From: Treponema sp.
Lineage (GTDB): Bacteria; Spirochaetota; Spirochaetia; Treponematales; Treponemataceae
Reading direction: 5' to 3'
DNA length: 64,000 nucleotides
NCBI GenBank assembly: GCA_017962415.1
Contig: JAGCVK010000009.1
Location: 4,811 to 68,810 of the forward strand
A model generated the notes under the pieces. That model was not told the origin of the DNA, searched no databases, and worked only from the letters and a program-made list of their open reading frames with translations. A program made the position numbers and the translations under genes. This document shows, in pieces, positions 40,238 through 49,466 of the stretch. Within the stretch, counting starts at the first letter, position 1. Every line of letters begins with the position of its first letter.

Positions 40238-42274
40238 ATGAAATATCTTGAAATCATTTTGAATCTGCCTGTAAATCAAGGTTTTACATATTCATACATT
40301 CCGCCAGAAAAAGAAAAGCCCGAACTCAAGCCCGAAATTGGTAAGCGCGCCGAAATTATGTTCGGAAACCGAAAAACTCAAGGTTTTATTATCGGGATTT
40401 ATGATGATGTTCCAAAAAACTGCCCGGTTGAAAGCGGAAAAATCCGCCCAATAAAAAGAATCATCGACAAAGAAGCGCTTTTTGGAAAAGAACTTATTGA
40501 AATGGCACAATGGATTTCGCGTTATTATTTATGCACGCTTGGAGAAGCTGTTTTTTCAATGATTCCAAGCGGAAGGCGCGAAACGAGTGCCGGCGGCTTT
40601 GGCTTTGAAGAAGAAGTTGGCTCAAAAAAAGCCGGCGAACTTTTACTTTCAGACGAACAAAAAATCGCCGTTGAAGAAATTTTGAAATCGGCTAAAAATG
40701 AAAATGAGAGTTCAAAAAATTTTCAAAATCGCGCGCCACTTTTTCATTATCTTTACGGGCCAACAGGTTCGGGCAAAACAGAAGTCTTTTTATCTCTTGC
40801 AGAAAAAATTCTTGAAATGGGAAAAGGCGTAATTTATCTTGTTCCAGAAATTTCACTTACAGGCCAGGTTGCAAAAGCAGTTTCACAGCGATTTGGAAAT
40901 ACTGCGGCCGTTATTCATTCCGGGCTAACACCTTCGCAACGGCTTGGAGAATGGAACCGGATTATGCATAAAGAAGCGCGTGTTGTTGTTGGCGCACGTT
41001 CCGCAGTTTTTGCACCAGTTCCAAATCTGGGACTTATTATAATTGATGAAGAACACGACGGCTCATATAAATCGGGAAATAATCCGCGCTATCATGCTCG
41101 CCAGGTTGCAATGCACCGCTGCACTACTCTTGGAATTCCCCTTTTAATGGGAAGTGCAACACCAAGCGTAGAAGCCTGGTATGGAATGCAAAACGGTTCG
41201 ATAATCCGGCACACTCTTACAAAACGCTTAGCCGGCGGTCAAATGCCGCATATTTCTTGTATCGACCTTTCTCTTTACCCGAATGACGGTTGCATTTCAA
41301 AACCGCTTGAAGATGAAATTAATAAAACGCTTTCGCAAAAACATCAGGCAATTTTATTTTTGAATCGGCGCGGTTTTACACATTTTTTCAGATGTAATCA
41401 ATGCGGCTACGAGCTCAAATGCAAAAACTGTTCGGTTCCGCTTACTTATCACAAAGCTGAAAACAAACTGCGCTGCCATTACTGCGGCTGGTCAACTTAT
41501 CCGCCTGAAAGCTGCCCGCAATGCGGTTCTTTTGATATAGGAACTTCGGGTTTTGGAACAGAATACATAGAAGCAGAAACCCGCGCAAAATTTCCAAATG
41601 CAAAAATTATCAGACTTGATACAGATGCTCTTAAAAACAAAGAAGAACTTTTAACTTCGCTGGAAGATTTCAGACATGGAAAATATGATATTCTTCTTGG
41701 AACACAAATGGTTGCAAAAGGCTTGAATTTTCCAAATCTTCAATTAGTTGGTGTAATTTTAGCTGATGCAGGACTTCATCTTCCAGATTTTCGTGCAGGC
41801 GAACGAACTTTTTCGCTTATAACGCAGGTTGCAGGCAGAGCCGGAAGATATTTTCCAGACGGAAAAGTTATTGTACAAACTTACAGTCCTGGACGCGGGC
41901 CTGTTTTATATGCATGCCAAAACCGAATCAACGATTTTTATGGAAGTGAACTTGCAGAACGCGAAATGCTGGACTTTCCGCCGTTTAGCCGATTGCTTCG
42001 CCTTGTTTTTAGAAGTTTTAATAAAAGCCTTGCAGAAGAAACTGCCCGCGATGCTGCAAAAATACTTGAACAAGGGGCACCGCGCGGAATGGAAATTATA
42101 GGGCCTGCCGAATGCCCGATTGAAAAAATAAATTCTTCGTGGCGATTTCAGATTTTGTTAAAAGGAAGTTCAATAATTCCGTTGCAAAGCGCAGCCAGAA
42201 AACTGCTTTTTGAATACACGCATAACCAAAATGTTTATATTGAATATGATGTGGATCCGGTAAGTTTGTTATGA
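40238..42274 (+). CDS. priA: Primosomal protein N' (PriA)
   Basis: GPTGSGKTE, DEEHD, four CxxC motifs and QVAGRAGR. Confidence 0.97.
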   Translation: MKYLEIILNLPVNQGFTYSYIPPEKEKPELKPEIGKRAEIMFGNRKTQGFIIGIYDDVPKNCPVESGKIRPIKRIIDKEALFGKELIEMAQWISRYYLCTLGEAVFSMIPSGRRETSAGGFGFEEEVGSKKAGELLLSDEQKIAVEEILKSAKNENESSKNFQNRAPLFHYLYGPTGSGKTEVFLSLAEKILEMGKGVIYLVPEISLTGQVAKAVSQRFGNTAAVIHSGLTPSQRLGEWNRIMHKEARVVVGARSAVFAPVPNLGLIIIDEEHDGSYKSGNNPRYHARQVAMHRCTTLGIPLLMGSATPSVEAWYGMQNGSIIRHTLTKRLAGGQMPHISCIDLSLYPNDGCISKPLEDEINKTLSQKHQAILFLNRRGFTHFFRCNQCGYELKCKNCSVPLTYHKAENKLRCHYCGWSTYPPESCPQCGSFDIGTSGFGTEYIEAETRAKFPNAKIIRLDTDALKNKEELLTSLEDFRHGKYDILLGTQMVAKGLNFPNLQLVGVILADAGLHLPDFRAGERTFSLITQVAGRAGRYFPDGKVIVQTYSPGRGPVLYACQNRINDFYGSELAEREMLDFPPFSRLLRLVFRSFNKSLAEETARDAAKILEQGAPRGMEIIGPAECPIEKINSSWRFQILLKGSSIIPLQSAARKLLFEYTHNQNVYIEYDVDPVSLL

Positions 42275-42297
42275 AAGCCCCCCTTGCAAACTGCAGT

Positions 42298-42340
42298 GCA
42301 AATAATGGCATCCGCGCTTCGCTTGTGCTGATATTGCTTG
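42298..42340. repeat. Dispersed REP-like palindrome, copy B
   Basis: GCAAATAATGGCATCCGCGCTTCGCTTGTGCTGATATTGCTTG, between convergent priA and truA. Confidence 0.85.
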
Positions 42341-42380
42341 AGCCTCAATTCGCTTATGACATATAAAATTCTATTACTTT

Positions 42381-43175
42381 TTATACGTGTCTTCGTATTC
42401 CGTCAAACTTAATTTCATAAAGAAATAAGCCGGTAGGCGGCGCAGTAACACCTGCTTTTTTTCTGTCGTGGGCGATCAAAATTTTTTGCATTGAATCAAG
42501 TGGCGCCACCGATTTATCAAGGTTCACAAGCGTGCCGGTTAGAGTTCTTACCATTTTCCATAAAAACGCATTTGCTTCAATCTGAAAAACGAGCAGGTCG
42601 TTTCCCCAGCGGTCTTTTTGGAAGAAAAACTTTGCTTCATCAATGTAGCGGTTTGTAGAAATACTGTCGTCGCCACTTGCAGCAAAAGACGCGCAATCTA
42701 TTTCACCGCGTAAACATTCACAAAACTTATTAAGCCGCTCAAGATTCGGCTCATAATTATTCACCCGCCAGCAAAATCTCATATTATCGGCTGGCGTACT
42801 ATCTCCTGTAGCAATAAAATAACGGTAAACCCGGCTGGTTGCAGATTTTCTTGCACTAAAATCCTGCGGAACTTCGCGCGCGGAAAGAATACGCACATCG
42901 TGCGGCAAAAAAGCATTAAGCGCGCGCACATAATTTGGCGCCGGCATAGAATCAACTGGAGAATAAAAATTTGCCGCCTGCGCTAAAGCATGAACGCCGC
43001 TGTCTGTTCGACCAGAACCATAAACCAAAGTTTTTTGCTTATGGATTTTTTCCAAAGCCTTTTCAATTTCGCCTTGTACAGTTCGTTCAGCTTCGCCGCC
43101 AGTTACATCATCTTGACGCTGCCAGCCGCAAAAATCAGTTCCGTCATAAGAAATAGTTAAAAGAATATTCCGCAT
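42381..43175 (-). CDS. truA: tRNA pseudouridine(38-40) synthase TruA
   Basis: YDGTDFCGWQRQ, GRTDSGVHA and FLWKMVR. Confidence 0.97.
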   Translation of the reverse strand: MRNILLTISYDGTDFCGWQRQDDVTGGEAERTVQGEIEKALEKIHKQKTLVYGSGRTDSGVHALAQAANFYSPVDSMPAPNYVRALNAFLPHDVRILSAREVPQDFSARKSATSRVYRYFIATGDSTPADNMRFCWRVNNYEPNLERLNKFCECLRGEIDCASFAASGDDSISTNRYIDEAKFFFQKDRWGNDLLVFQIEANAFLWKMVRTLTGTLVNLDKSVAPLDSMQKILIAHDRKKAGVTAPPTGLFLYEIKFDGIRRHV

Positions 43176-43223
43176 TAAAAAGTCCGTTTTTAAAATTCCA
43201 AGCCCTCACCCGACACTTGAATT

Positions 43224-44099
43224 CTAAAATTCATCATCATTTACAAGTCTTGCAAGATTATCATAAAGATTTCGAGCGTGTTCCAAAAGAGGACCAGGTT
43301 TTGCTTTTGAAGATTTTCCCAATCCAAAAATACGCGCAATTGCAGTTTTTGATTCATTAAGTTTTTTCAAACGAAGCTGAATATCGTCTTGCTGGCCGTA
43401 TTTATATTCCAAAAGTCCGCATAAGTAAATAACTCCGTCCCAGCCGTAATTTTTATCAATATCCGGACCCATATTATTTAAAGTTGAACTTTTTTCCAAA
43501 CGGTTCGTTTCGTTTATTACAGCCTGCTGATAGAAAAAAAGTGCCTTATTATAAAACATTCTCGAAATCAAATCAAAATTATGGTCTGCACAATGCTTAT
43601 TAATTTCATCGGTGAGCCAGGCAAGACGCAAAGCAATAATTGCTTTTTTCATAGTCGGAAGCGCATAAGCGCCCATATCATCATAAGTCATAAGAGCCAA
43701 ATAATACATTGCAGCTCCGTCATAAAGGGCACGCTCATGTTTTAAGTTATAATACGGGAAAATTACCTCGCAAGCCTTGTTTCGCTTATCAGAATGGCTA
43801 AAAATTTTATCTGCATCGTCGGCGGTAATTTTTTCAGTAAAATCATTCCAGAAAAAAGCCGTGTAACAATTAGGGCAAACTCCAATTTCATAAATCAAAG
43901 GATAAATGCGGCCAAAACGAGCAGAAGGTTCATAAATTCTGTGAAGTTCTTCGGTTAAGCCGCCGGCAATCATTCGTCCGTTTCCGCTACGCATAACTTC
44001 GCGCTCAAAAGCCTTTTTACAAACCGGGCAAGTTACCTTATCTTTTGACCAGTATGAAATTCCAGCTTTTTTTTCAGGTGACTTTTTACTTGCAGCCAT
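43224..44099 (-). CDS. DUF2225-like Zn-ribbon/TPR protein
   Basis: CPVC and CPNC pairs; LRLAWL. Confidence 0.75.
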   Translation of the reverse strand: MAASKKSPEKKAGISYWSKDKVTCPVCKKAFEREVMRSGNGRMIAGGLTEELHRIYEPSARFGRIYPLIYEIGVCPNCYTAFFWNDFTEKITADDADKIFSHSDKRNKACEVIFPYYNLKHERALYDGAAMYYLALMTYDDMGAYALPTMKKAIIALRLAWLTDEINKHCADHNFDLISRMFYNKALFFYQQAVINETNRLEKSSTLNNMGPDIDKNYGWDGVIYLCGLLEYKYGQQDDIQLRLKKLNESKTAIARIFGLGKSSKAKPGPLLEHARNLYDNLARLVNDDEF

Positions 44100-44112
44100 A
44101 ATTCCCCCTAAT

Positions 44113-44487
44113 TTATCTTTTTTCCAAAATTACAAATGCAACCGCATAAGCTCTTTCGTGGCTAAGACTCACATGAACATTACATTCTCCAAATCTCTGC
44201 GTCACAAGAGAGAGCGCTGCGCCTTCAATATTTAGTTCAGGTTTTCCCTCGCTGTTGTTTGTTATATAAACATCTTTCAGGCTAAATCCGCTAAGGCCTG
44301 TTCCAAGCGCTTTTGAAAACGCTTCTTTTGCGGCAAAACGAGCGGCATAATGCTGACATTTTGCAGAATCTGATTTTGCAGAAGACTGCTCTTTTTGATT
44401 AAAAAAACGCTCAAGCATAAGCGGATTTTTTATCCATTTTTCAAAGCGTTTTGTTTCAGTAATATCAGTTCCAATTCCCGCAATCAT
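44113..44487 (-). CDS. acpS: Holo-ACP synthase
   Basis: GIGTDI, RFAAKEAFSKALGTG and SLSHE. Confidence 0.96.
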   Translation of the reverse strand: MIAGIGTDITETKRFEKWIKNPLMLERFFNQKEQSSAKSDSAKCQHYAARFAAKEAFSKALGTGLSGFSLKDVYITNNSEGKPELNIEGAALSLVTQRFGECNVHVSLSHERAYAVAFVILEKR

Positions 44488-45476
44488 TATTCGCCCGCCT
44501 CTGCTTTTTCATTATGATTCTCGTCAGCTTTTTTGATTACAATCGTAAAAGCTAATTCATCATCAGATTTTTCTACAAGATGAAGATTCGACGGAATTGA
44601 ATAATTCAAAGGAAGCTCATAAGTTCCCTCGCCTTTTATTTCGCTGCAATCAAGCTGAACAAGATGCGGAGACACAACATAATTGTCCAAAACCGGCATT
44701 GAGCCAGAAAGTTTAATAGAAATCAAAGGCAGAGGCTCAGCAAAAGTCAACGATGAATCAAGATTTACAACATCAACTGCAATAGAATCAAACTCTTTTT
44801 CCATCATTTTTGTTCGCAAAGAAACAGTTGCTTTAAAAGGCCCTTCGTCTAAAACAGTAATTAAAGCGTTTGGCTTTTTGCAAGTAACTTCTGTAGAAAA
44901 ATTAGTTTCAGCGTTGGAAACATTAAGTTTTGAAGTGTAAATTTTATCAGTTTTTGCAACAATAGAAGCTGGCCCCATAATTTCAACAGTCGAAGGACTT
45001 ATTTCAATCGAATCAATTTCATAACCGTCAGCTACTTCACCAATTTGATTCTGATAAGGATCTATCGGAACATATTTCATAGTCTTTAAATCAACATCAA
45101 TTTTGATAGTATCCTCTTTGATTTTTACTTCAAAAGGATCGTATTCCATTAATCTGTCCGACAAAGTGATTTTTATAGGAAGTTTATAAGAGCCCGCTTG
45201 AGTAATAGTATCGAGATTTATAGATGCAGTTAAATCGGAAATTGAAACAGATTTTACAGCGTCTTCTTCGGCGCGTACTACAACAGAAACAGAACGCGGA
45301 ACAGTTCCAACATGCATTACCATTCCGTCTTCAATAATCGTAAGCGGAACTACAAAAGTTTTTGTATCAATTAAAGATGCCTGATGAAAAAAATAAAGAA
45401 AAACCGCAATTACAAGGCAAATAATTTTTGCAGGCCATTTATCAAGGATTTTTTCAAACAAAGTTCTTATGCTCAT
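44487..45476 (-). CDS. cdaR: CdaR/YbbR-like regulator
   Basis: N-terminal TM helix and YbbR-like repeats; overlaps the end of cdaA. Confidence 0.85.
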   Translation of the reverse strand: MSIRTLFEKILDKWPAKIICLVIAVFLYFFHQASLIDTKTFVVPLTIIEDGMVMHVGTVPRSVSVVVRAEEDAVKSVSISDLTASINLDTITQAGSYKLPIKITLSDRLMEYDPFEVKIKEDTIKIDVDLKTMKYVPIDPYQNQIGEVADGYEIDSIEISPSTVEIMGPASIVAKTDKIYTSKLNVSNAETNFSTEVTCKKPNALITVLDEGPFKATVSLRTKMMEKEFDSIAVDVVNLDSSLTFAEPLPLISIKLSGSMPVLDNYVVSPHLVQLDCSEIKGEGTYELPLNYSIPSNLHLVEKSDDELAFTIVIKKADENHNEKAEAGE

Positions 45477-46269
45477 CTACAGTATCCTCCATAACCTGCG
45501 CTTCTGAAGTGATTTCCAAAAGATTTTCAAGAATCTTACGAACTTCGGTAAGAGAAAGGTCGTAATTCAATTTTGAATCATAAGCAAGACTAAGCGCTCC
45601 AGTTTCTTCAGAAACTACAAGAACAACAGCATCAGAAACTTCAGAAAGCCCAAGAGCTGCGCGGTGACGAGTACCAAAAGTCTTTTTGATTGTATAGTTT
45701 TCACTAGTTGGAAGAAAGCAGCCGGCAGCAATCAGTTTTCCGCCTTGAATAAAACAAGCGCCGTCATGAAGCGAAGTATCTTTTCCAAAAATCGTCATTA
45801 AAAGACTTGAAGAAAGATCAGCATTTAAGCGGGTTCCGGTTTGAATGATATTTTCAAGCTGAGTGTGGCGCATAAAAACAGCAAGCATACCACGTCGCTG
45901 CTGCGAAAGCATTTCTGCAGCAATAAGAACAGCATCTACATAAGTGTGCTTAGAACGGGTTCCAAAAGCAAACCAGCCGTTTTGCCCGATTCGTATAAAA
46001 AACTTTCTGATTTCAGGCTGGAAAATAAGCGCAAACCCAATAACAAGACCTGGAGCAACAATATTTAAAAGCCACGAAAGCGTTTTAAGCTTTAACAGAA
46101 CGGCAACTCCATAAGCAATAACTACAATCAAAAGCGATTTAAGCATCTGAACGCCATTTGTTTTTGAGATAAAATCGTATGCCTTAAACAAAATGAATGT
46201 CATGACAGCTATATCAAGGAACGGCCGTATGAAATCATAAAGATATAAGATTCTGTCAAAACCTAACAT
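45454..46269 (-). CDS. cdaA: Diadenylate cyclase CdaA
   Basis: Three TM helices, FQPEIR, HDGA, GTRHRAALG and VSEETG. Confidence 0.95.
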   Translation of the reverse strand: MLGFDRILYLYDFIRPFLDIAVMTFILFKAYDFISKTNGVQMLKSLLIVVIAYGVAVLLKLKTLSWLLNIVAPGLVIGFALIFQPEIRKFFIRIGQNGWFAFGTRSKHTYVDAVLIAAEMLSQQRRGMLAVFMRHTQLENIIQTGTRLNADLSSSLLMTIFGKDTSLHDGACFIQGGKLIAAGCFLPTSENYTIKKTFGTRHRAALGLSEVSDAVVLVVSEETGALSLAYDSKLNYDLSLTEVRKILENLLEITSEAQVMEDTVDEHKNFV

Positions 46270-46270
46270 A

Positions 46271-46390
46271 GTGATATCCTAAAATACAGTCATTAAATCT
46301 GTCGAAATGACCACAGAATACAGAAGTTTCGCCCCTTTCAAAAGTTTAAAGAACAAAACCCCGTATATTCATTTTAAAAAATTATATCAC
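46271..46390 (-). ncRNA. Candidate structured cis-regulatory RNA in the folP-cdaA intergenic region
   Basis: Terminal GTGATAT/ATATCAC pairing with nested stems that contain several G-U pairs on the minus strand. The 3' arm covers the AGGA RBS. Confidence 0.45.
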
Positions 46391-46391
46391 A

Positions 46392-47225
46392 CTATTTAAG
46401 AAATTTCATCACATTTAATGTATCAATTGCAGAAGAAACATCGTGAACGCGAATAATTTTTGCGCCTTTTTGAACAGAAATCATATCTGCGGCAAGAGTA
46501 CCGTAAAGTCTGTCTTCTGCAGCCCGGCCAGTAATATCGCCAATGCAGCGCTTTCGAGAAAGAGCCATAAGAACAGGATATTTTCCTTCGCAAAGCTCAA
46601 GCGGATTTTTTATAAGCGAAAGATTTTCTTCAAGAGTTTTTCCAAAGCCAATTCCCGGGTCAACAATGATTTTTTCGTTAGCAATTCCGTTTGCAAGACA
46701 AAAATCTGCGCGCTTTTTTAAAAAGTCGCTCACAGTTTTAAGATTTGCGCTTCCGGTGTGCATTAAAATAACAGAAGTGCCGCTTTGAGCAATAAATTTT
46801 GCAGAAGCTTCAGAAACTTCGCCCGCGCCTTCTATTCCAGCCGTCCCATCAGCGTTCATAGCGCCCGCGCCGTAAAGCGCCGTTACATCATTCCAAACAT
46901 CGCAACCTTCTGAGGCTGCCGCTTTAAAAACTTCAAGTTTTGTAGTATCAATCGAAATCGGAATGTCAGAATTGCGGCGAACTTCGCGAATAACCGGAAG
47001 AATTCTACTGAGTTCTTCTTCAACACTTACCGGAGTGTAGCCCGGCCGAGTTGATTCTCCGCCAATATCCAAAATATCCGCGCCTTCTTGAATCAGCTGC
47101 AAAGCCCGTTCTGCTCCGCCGCGACTTTTATCATAAAATGAATCTGGAGTTGCGTTTACAATTCCCATTACAAAAGCTGGTCTGTCTGTTTTACAAGTTT
47201 TTAGTCCGAAATTAATTTGCTGCAT
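46392..47225 (-). CDS. folP: Dihydropteroate synthase
   Basis: NATPDSF, DIGGESTRPG, DPGIGFGK, SRK and RVHDV. Confidence 0.96.
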   Translation of the reverse strand: MQQINFGLKTCKTDRPAFVMGIVNATPDSFYDKSRGGAERALQLIQEGADILDIGGESTRPGYTPVSVEEELSRILPVIREVRRNSDIPISIDTTKLEVFKAAASEGCDVWNDVTALYGAGAMNADGTAGIEGAGEVSEASAKFIAQSGTSVILMHTGSANLKTVSDFLKKRADFCLANGIANEKIIVDPGIGFGKTLEENLSLIKNPLELCEGKYPVLMALSRKRCIGDITGRAAEDRLYGTLAADMISVQKGAKIIRVHDVSSAIDTLNVMKFLK

Positions 47226-49114
47226 TCTTTTACTGCCTTTTTTATATGATTTGGAGAAAGTCCTGCCATTTCCAGAACTTCTTCCCGAGAACCGTGATTA
47301 TAAAACTTGTCTTCAAAACCAAGCACTTTGGAATTTTTCATTCCGCGCTTAGCAAGAAGCCCGCAAAGATGCTCTCCAATTCCGCCTGCAATCACGCCGT
47401 CTTCAACAAAAACAACACCGCTATAGCGAGAAGCAAGTTCAATAAAATAAGTTTCATCAAAAGGCTTTATAAAACGCAAAAGATATACATCTGCATAACC
47501 GCCGTCAAGTAAAACTGAGCGAACAGCTTTTTGAACTTCAGAATAAATTCCGCCGGTTGCAACAATCAAAATTTTTGTCTTTTTTGATTCAAGCTCTTTT
47601 TCGCTGATATTTTCAATAACAAATTCTGTACAAGGAATAAAAATGCCGCGTCCAAGTTCAACTGGTGTAGAAAATTGCGGAATTTCTGTTGGACAAGTAA
47701 GTTTTGGATACCTGATTACAACACTTGTTCCTTTTTCAACAGCCCATTCAAAACAAAGCCGCAAATCAATTGCACTACAAACTGTCAAAAGTTCAAGCTC
47801 TGGAATTGGGCGGAAAAGCGCAATATCATAAATTCCTTGATGAGTAACACCGTCGCTTGGAACTGCGCCCGCTCTATCAAGCATAAAAACTGCATGCGAT
47901 TTTTGCAAAGCAATATCGTGAATCATCTGGTCAACAGCGCGCTGCATAAAAGTTGAATAAATACAAACAACTGGAACTTTTCCGCCTTTTGCAAGTCCGC
48001 CGGCGAATGTCACAGCGTGCTCTTCTGCAATTCCAACATCAAAAAAACGCTCCGGAAACTTGTGCGAAAAAGAAGAAAGCCCGGTTCCCTTTGCCATTGC
48101 CGCTGTAATTGCAACAATATCTTTATTTTTTTCACCGGCTTCAAGCATAATATTGCTAAAAGATTCGGTAAAACTTTCAGTATCAAATTTTTCAACAGTT
48201 CCGTCTGAAATCTGAAACGGCCCAATTCCATGAAAAAGTTCCGGATTATTTTCTGCAGGGCTGTAACCGCGCCCTTTTTTAGTAACAACGTGAACTACAA
48301 CAGGTCTGTGAAGCCGGCTTACGCGGCGAAGTTCGCGCTCGAGAGCAACTTCGTTGTGACCGTCTAGCGGGCCAACATATTCAAAACCTAAATCAACAAA
48401 AAGATTATTTGTAAGCAAAAGCCCTTTTATAGAACGCTTAATTCTAAAGATGATTTTTTCGAGAGCGCTTCCAAGATACGGAATTTTATCTAAAGCCTTG
48501 TCTATGCGATAACGCAAAGTCTGATATCCTGCACTCATTGAAAGGCGGCTAAGATAACGCGAAACTGAACCAGTATTATGATCAATTGACATCTGATTAT
48601 CATTCAAAATAACAATCAGATTTTTGCAAAGCTGCCCGGCATGCGAAAGCCCTTCAAAAGCCATTCCGCCAGTAAGAGCACCGTCACCAATAATCGCAAT
48701 AACCTTACCTTCTTCGCCATTTAGCTCGCGGGCAGTAAGAAGTCCCAATGCCGAAGAAATTGAAGTTGAAGAATGGCCGCTTATAAAAAAATCGTGCGGA
48801 CTTTCAGTTGTATTTGTAAAACCAGAAATGCCGCCATTTTTTCGTAAAGTTGGAAAATCATTATAACGGCCGGTTAAAAGTTTGTGAGTATAACACTGGT
48901 GGCTCACATCAAAAATAAAAGCGTCTTTTGGGCTGTTAAATACCCGGTGAAGCGCAATTGTGAGCTCTACAATACCAAGATTGCTCGCAAGGTGGCCGCC
49001 ATTTTTTCCTACAACATTAATTATAGTTGTGCGGATTTCAGAAGCCAGCTGCTTGAGTTGTTTTTGAGAAAGTTTTTTTACGTCGTCAGGCGAATGAATC
49101 TTAGAAAGTAAAAT
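47201..49114 (-). CDS. dxs: 1-deoxy-D-xylulose-5-phosphate synthase (probable ATT start)
   Basis: The frame stays open upstream of the ORF-track start: (I/M)LLSKIHSPDDVKKL...GGHLASNLGIVELTIALH...FDVSHQCY. GDGALTGG and DRAG motifs are present. Confidence 0.95.
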   Translation of the reverse strand: MLLSKIHSPDDVKKLSQKQLKQLASEIRTTIINVVGKNGGHLASNLGIVELTIALHRVFNSPKDAFIFDVSHQCYTHKLLTGRYNDFPTLRKNGGISGFTNTTESPHDFFISGHSSTSISSALGLLTARELNGEEGKVIAIIGDGALTGGMAFEGLSHAGQLCKNLIVILNDNQMSIDHNTGSVSRYLSRLSMSAGYQTLRYRIDKALDKIPYLGSALEKIIFRIKRSIKGLLLTNNLFVDLGFEYVGPLDGHNEVALERELRRVSRLHRPVVVHVVTKKGRGYSPAENNPELFHGIGPFQISDGTVEKFDTESFTESFSNIMLEAGEKNKDIVAITAAMAKGTGLSSFSHKFPERFFDVGIAEEHAVTFAGGLAKGGKVPVVCIYSTFMQRAVDQMIHDIALQKSHAVFMLDRAGAVPSDGVTHQGIYDIALFRPIPELELLTVCSAIDLRLCFEWAVEKGTSVVIRYPKLTCPTEIPQFSTPVELGRGIFIPCTEFVIENISEKELESKKTKILIVATGGIYSEVQKAVRSVLLDGGYADVYLLRFIKPFDETYFIELASRYSGVVFVEDGVIAGGIGEHLCGLLAKRGMKNSKVLGFEDKFYNHGSREEVLEMAGLSPNHIKKAVKECSKLISD

Positions 49115-49194
49115 ATTAAACTCCTCAGATTAATTGCAGGAGCAAAGCCTGTAATAGAAAAACTTTTGCATTTTTGCTTTGCAAAAACTGCTAT

Positions 49195-49229
49195 AAAAAA
49201 AGACCGCGTAAAACGTGTATACGCGGTCT
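49195..49229 (-). terminator. Rho-independent terminator after the small ribosomal protein gene
   Basis: AGACCGCGTA/TACGCGGTCT stem followed by a U tract on the minus strand. Confidence 0.8.
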
Positions 49230-49255
49230 ATCAACACATAGTCTCGACCTAAAAA

Positions 49256-49345
49256 CTACTTGCTCTTATGTCGATTACGTCTAAGCATCTTCTTTCGCTT
49301 ATGTGTCGCCATCTTCTGGCGCTTTCTTTTCTTTCCACAAGGCAC
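49256..49345 (-). CDS. 29-aa basic ribosomal protein bS22/mS38 (AURKAIP1/COX24 domain) family
   Basis: Not in the ORF track. AAGGAG RBS, GTG start, translation MPCGKKRKRQKMATHKRKKMLRRNRHKSK; has its own promoter and terminator. Confidence 0.88.
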   Translation of the reverse strand: MPCGKKRKRQKMATHKRKKMLRRNRHKSK

Positions 49346-49381
49346 GATGGCACTCCTTAAAACTTATATATAAGTTCTTGT

Positions 49382-49410
49382 ATTTTGCCAAAAAAAGCAT
49401 ACCTTGTCAA
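49382..49410 (-). promoter_or_regulatory. Sigma-70 promoter of the small basic protein gene
   Basis: TTGACA-17-CAAAAT. Confidence 0.6.
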
Positions 49411-49466
49411 TAGAAAAACTTTTCAGAAATCAAAATTGGCATAACTTCCTTTGGCAAAAAAAGGCG

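Noticed and set aside
47201-48907. Truncated or pseudogenised dxs
   Set aside because: The frame continues intact upstream to an SD-preceded ATT codon.
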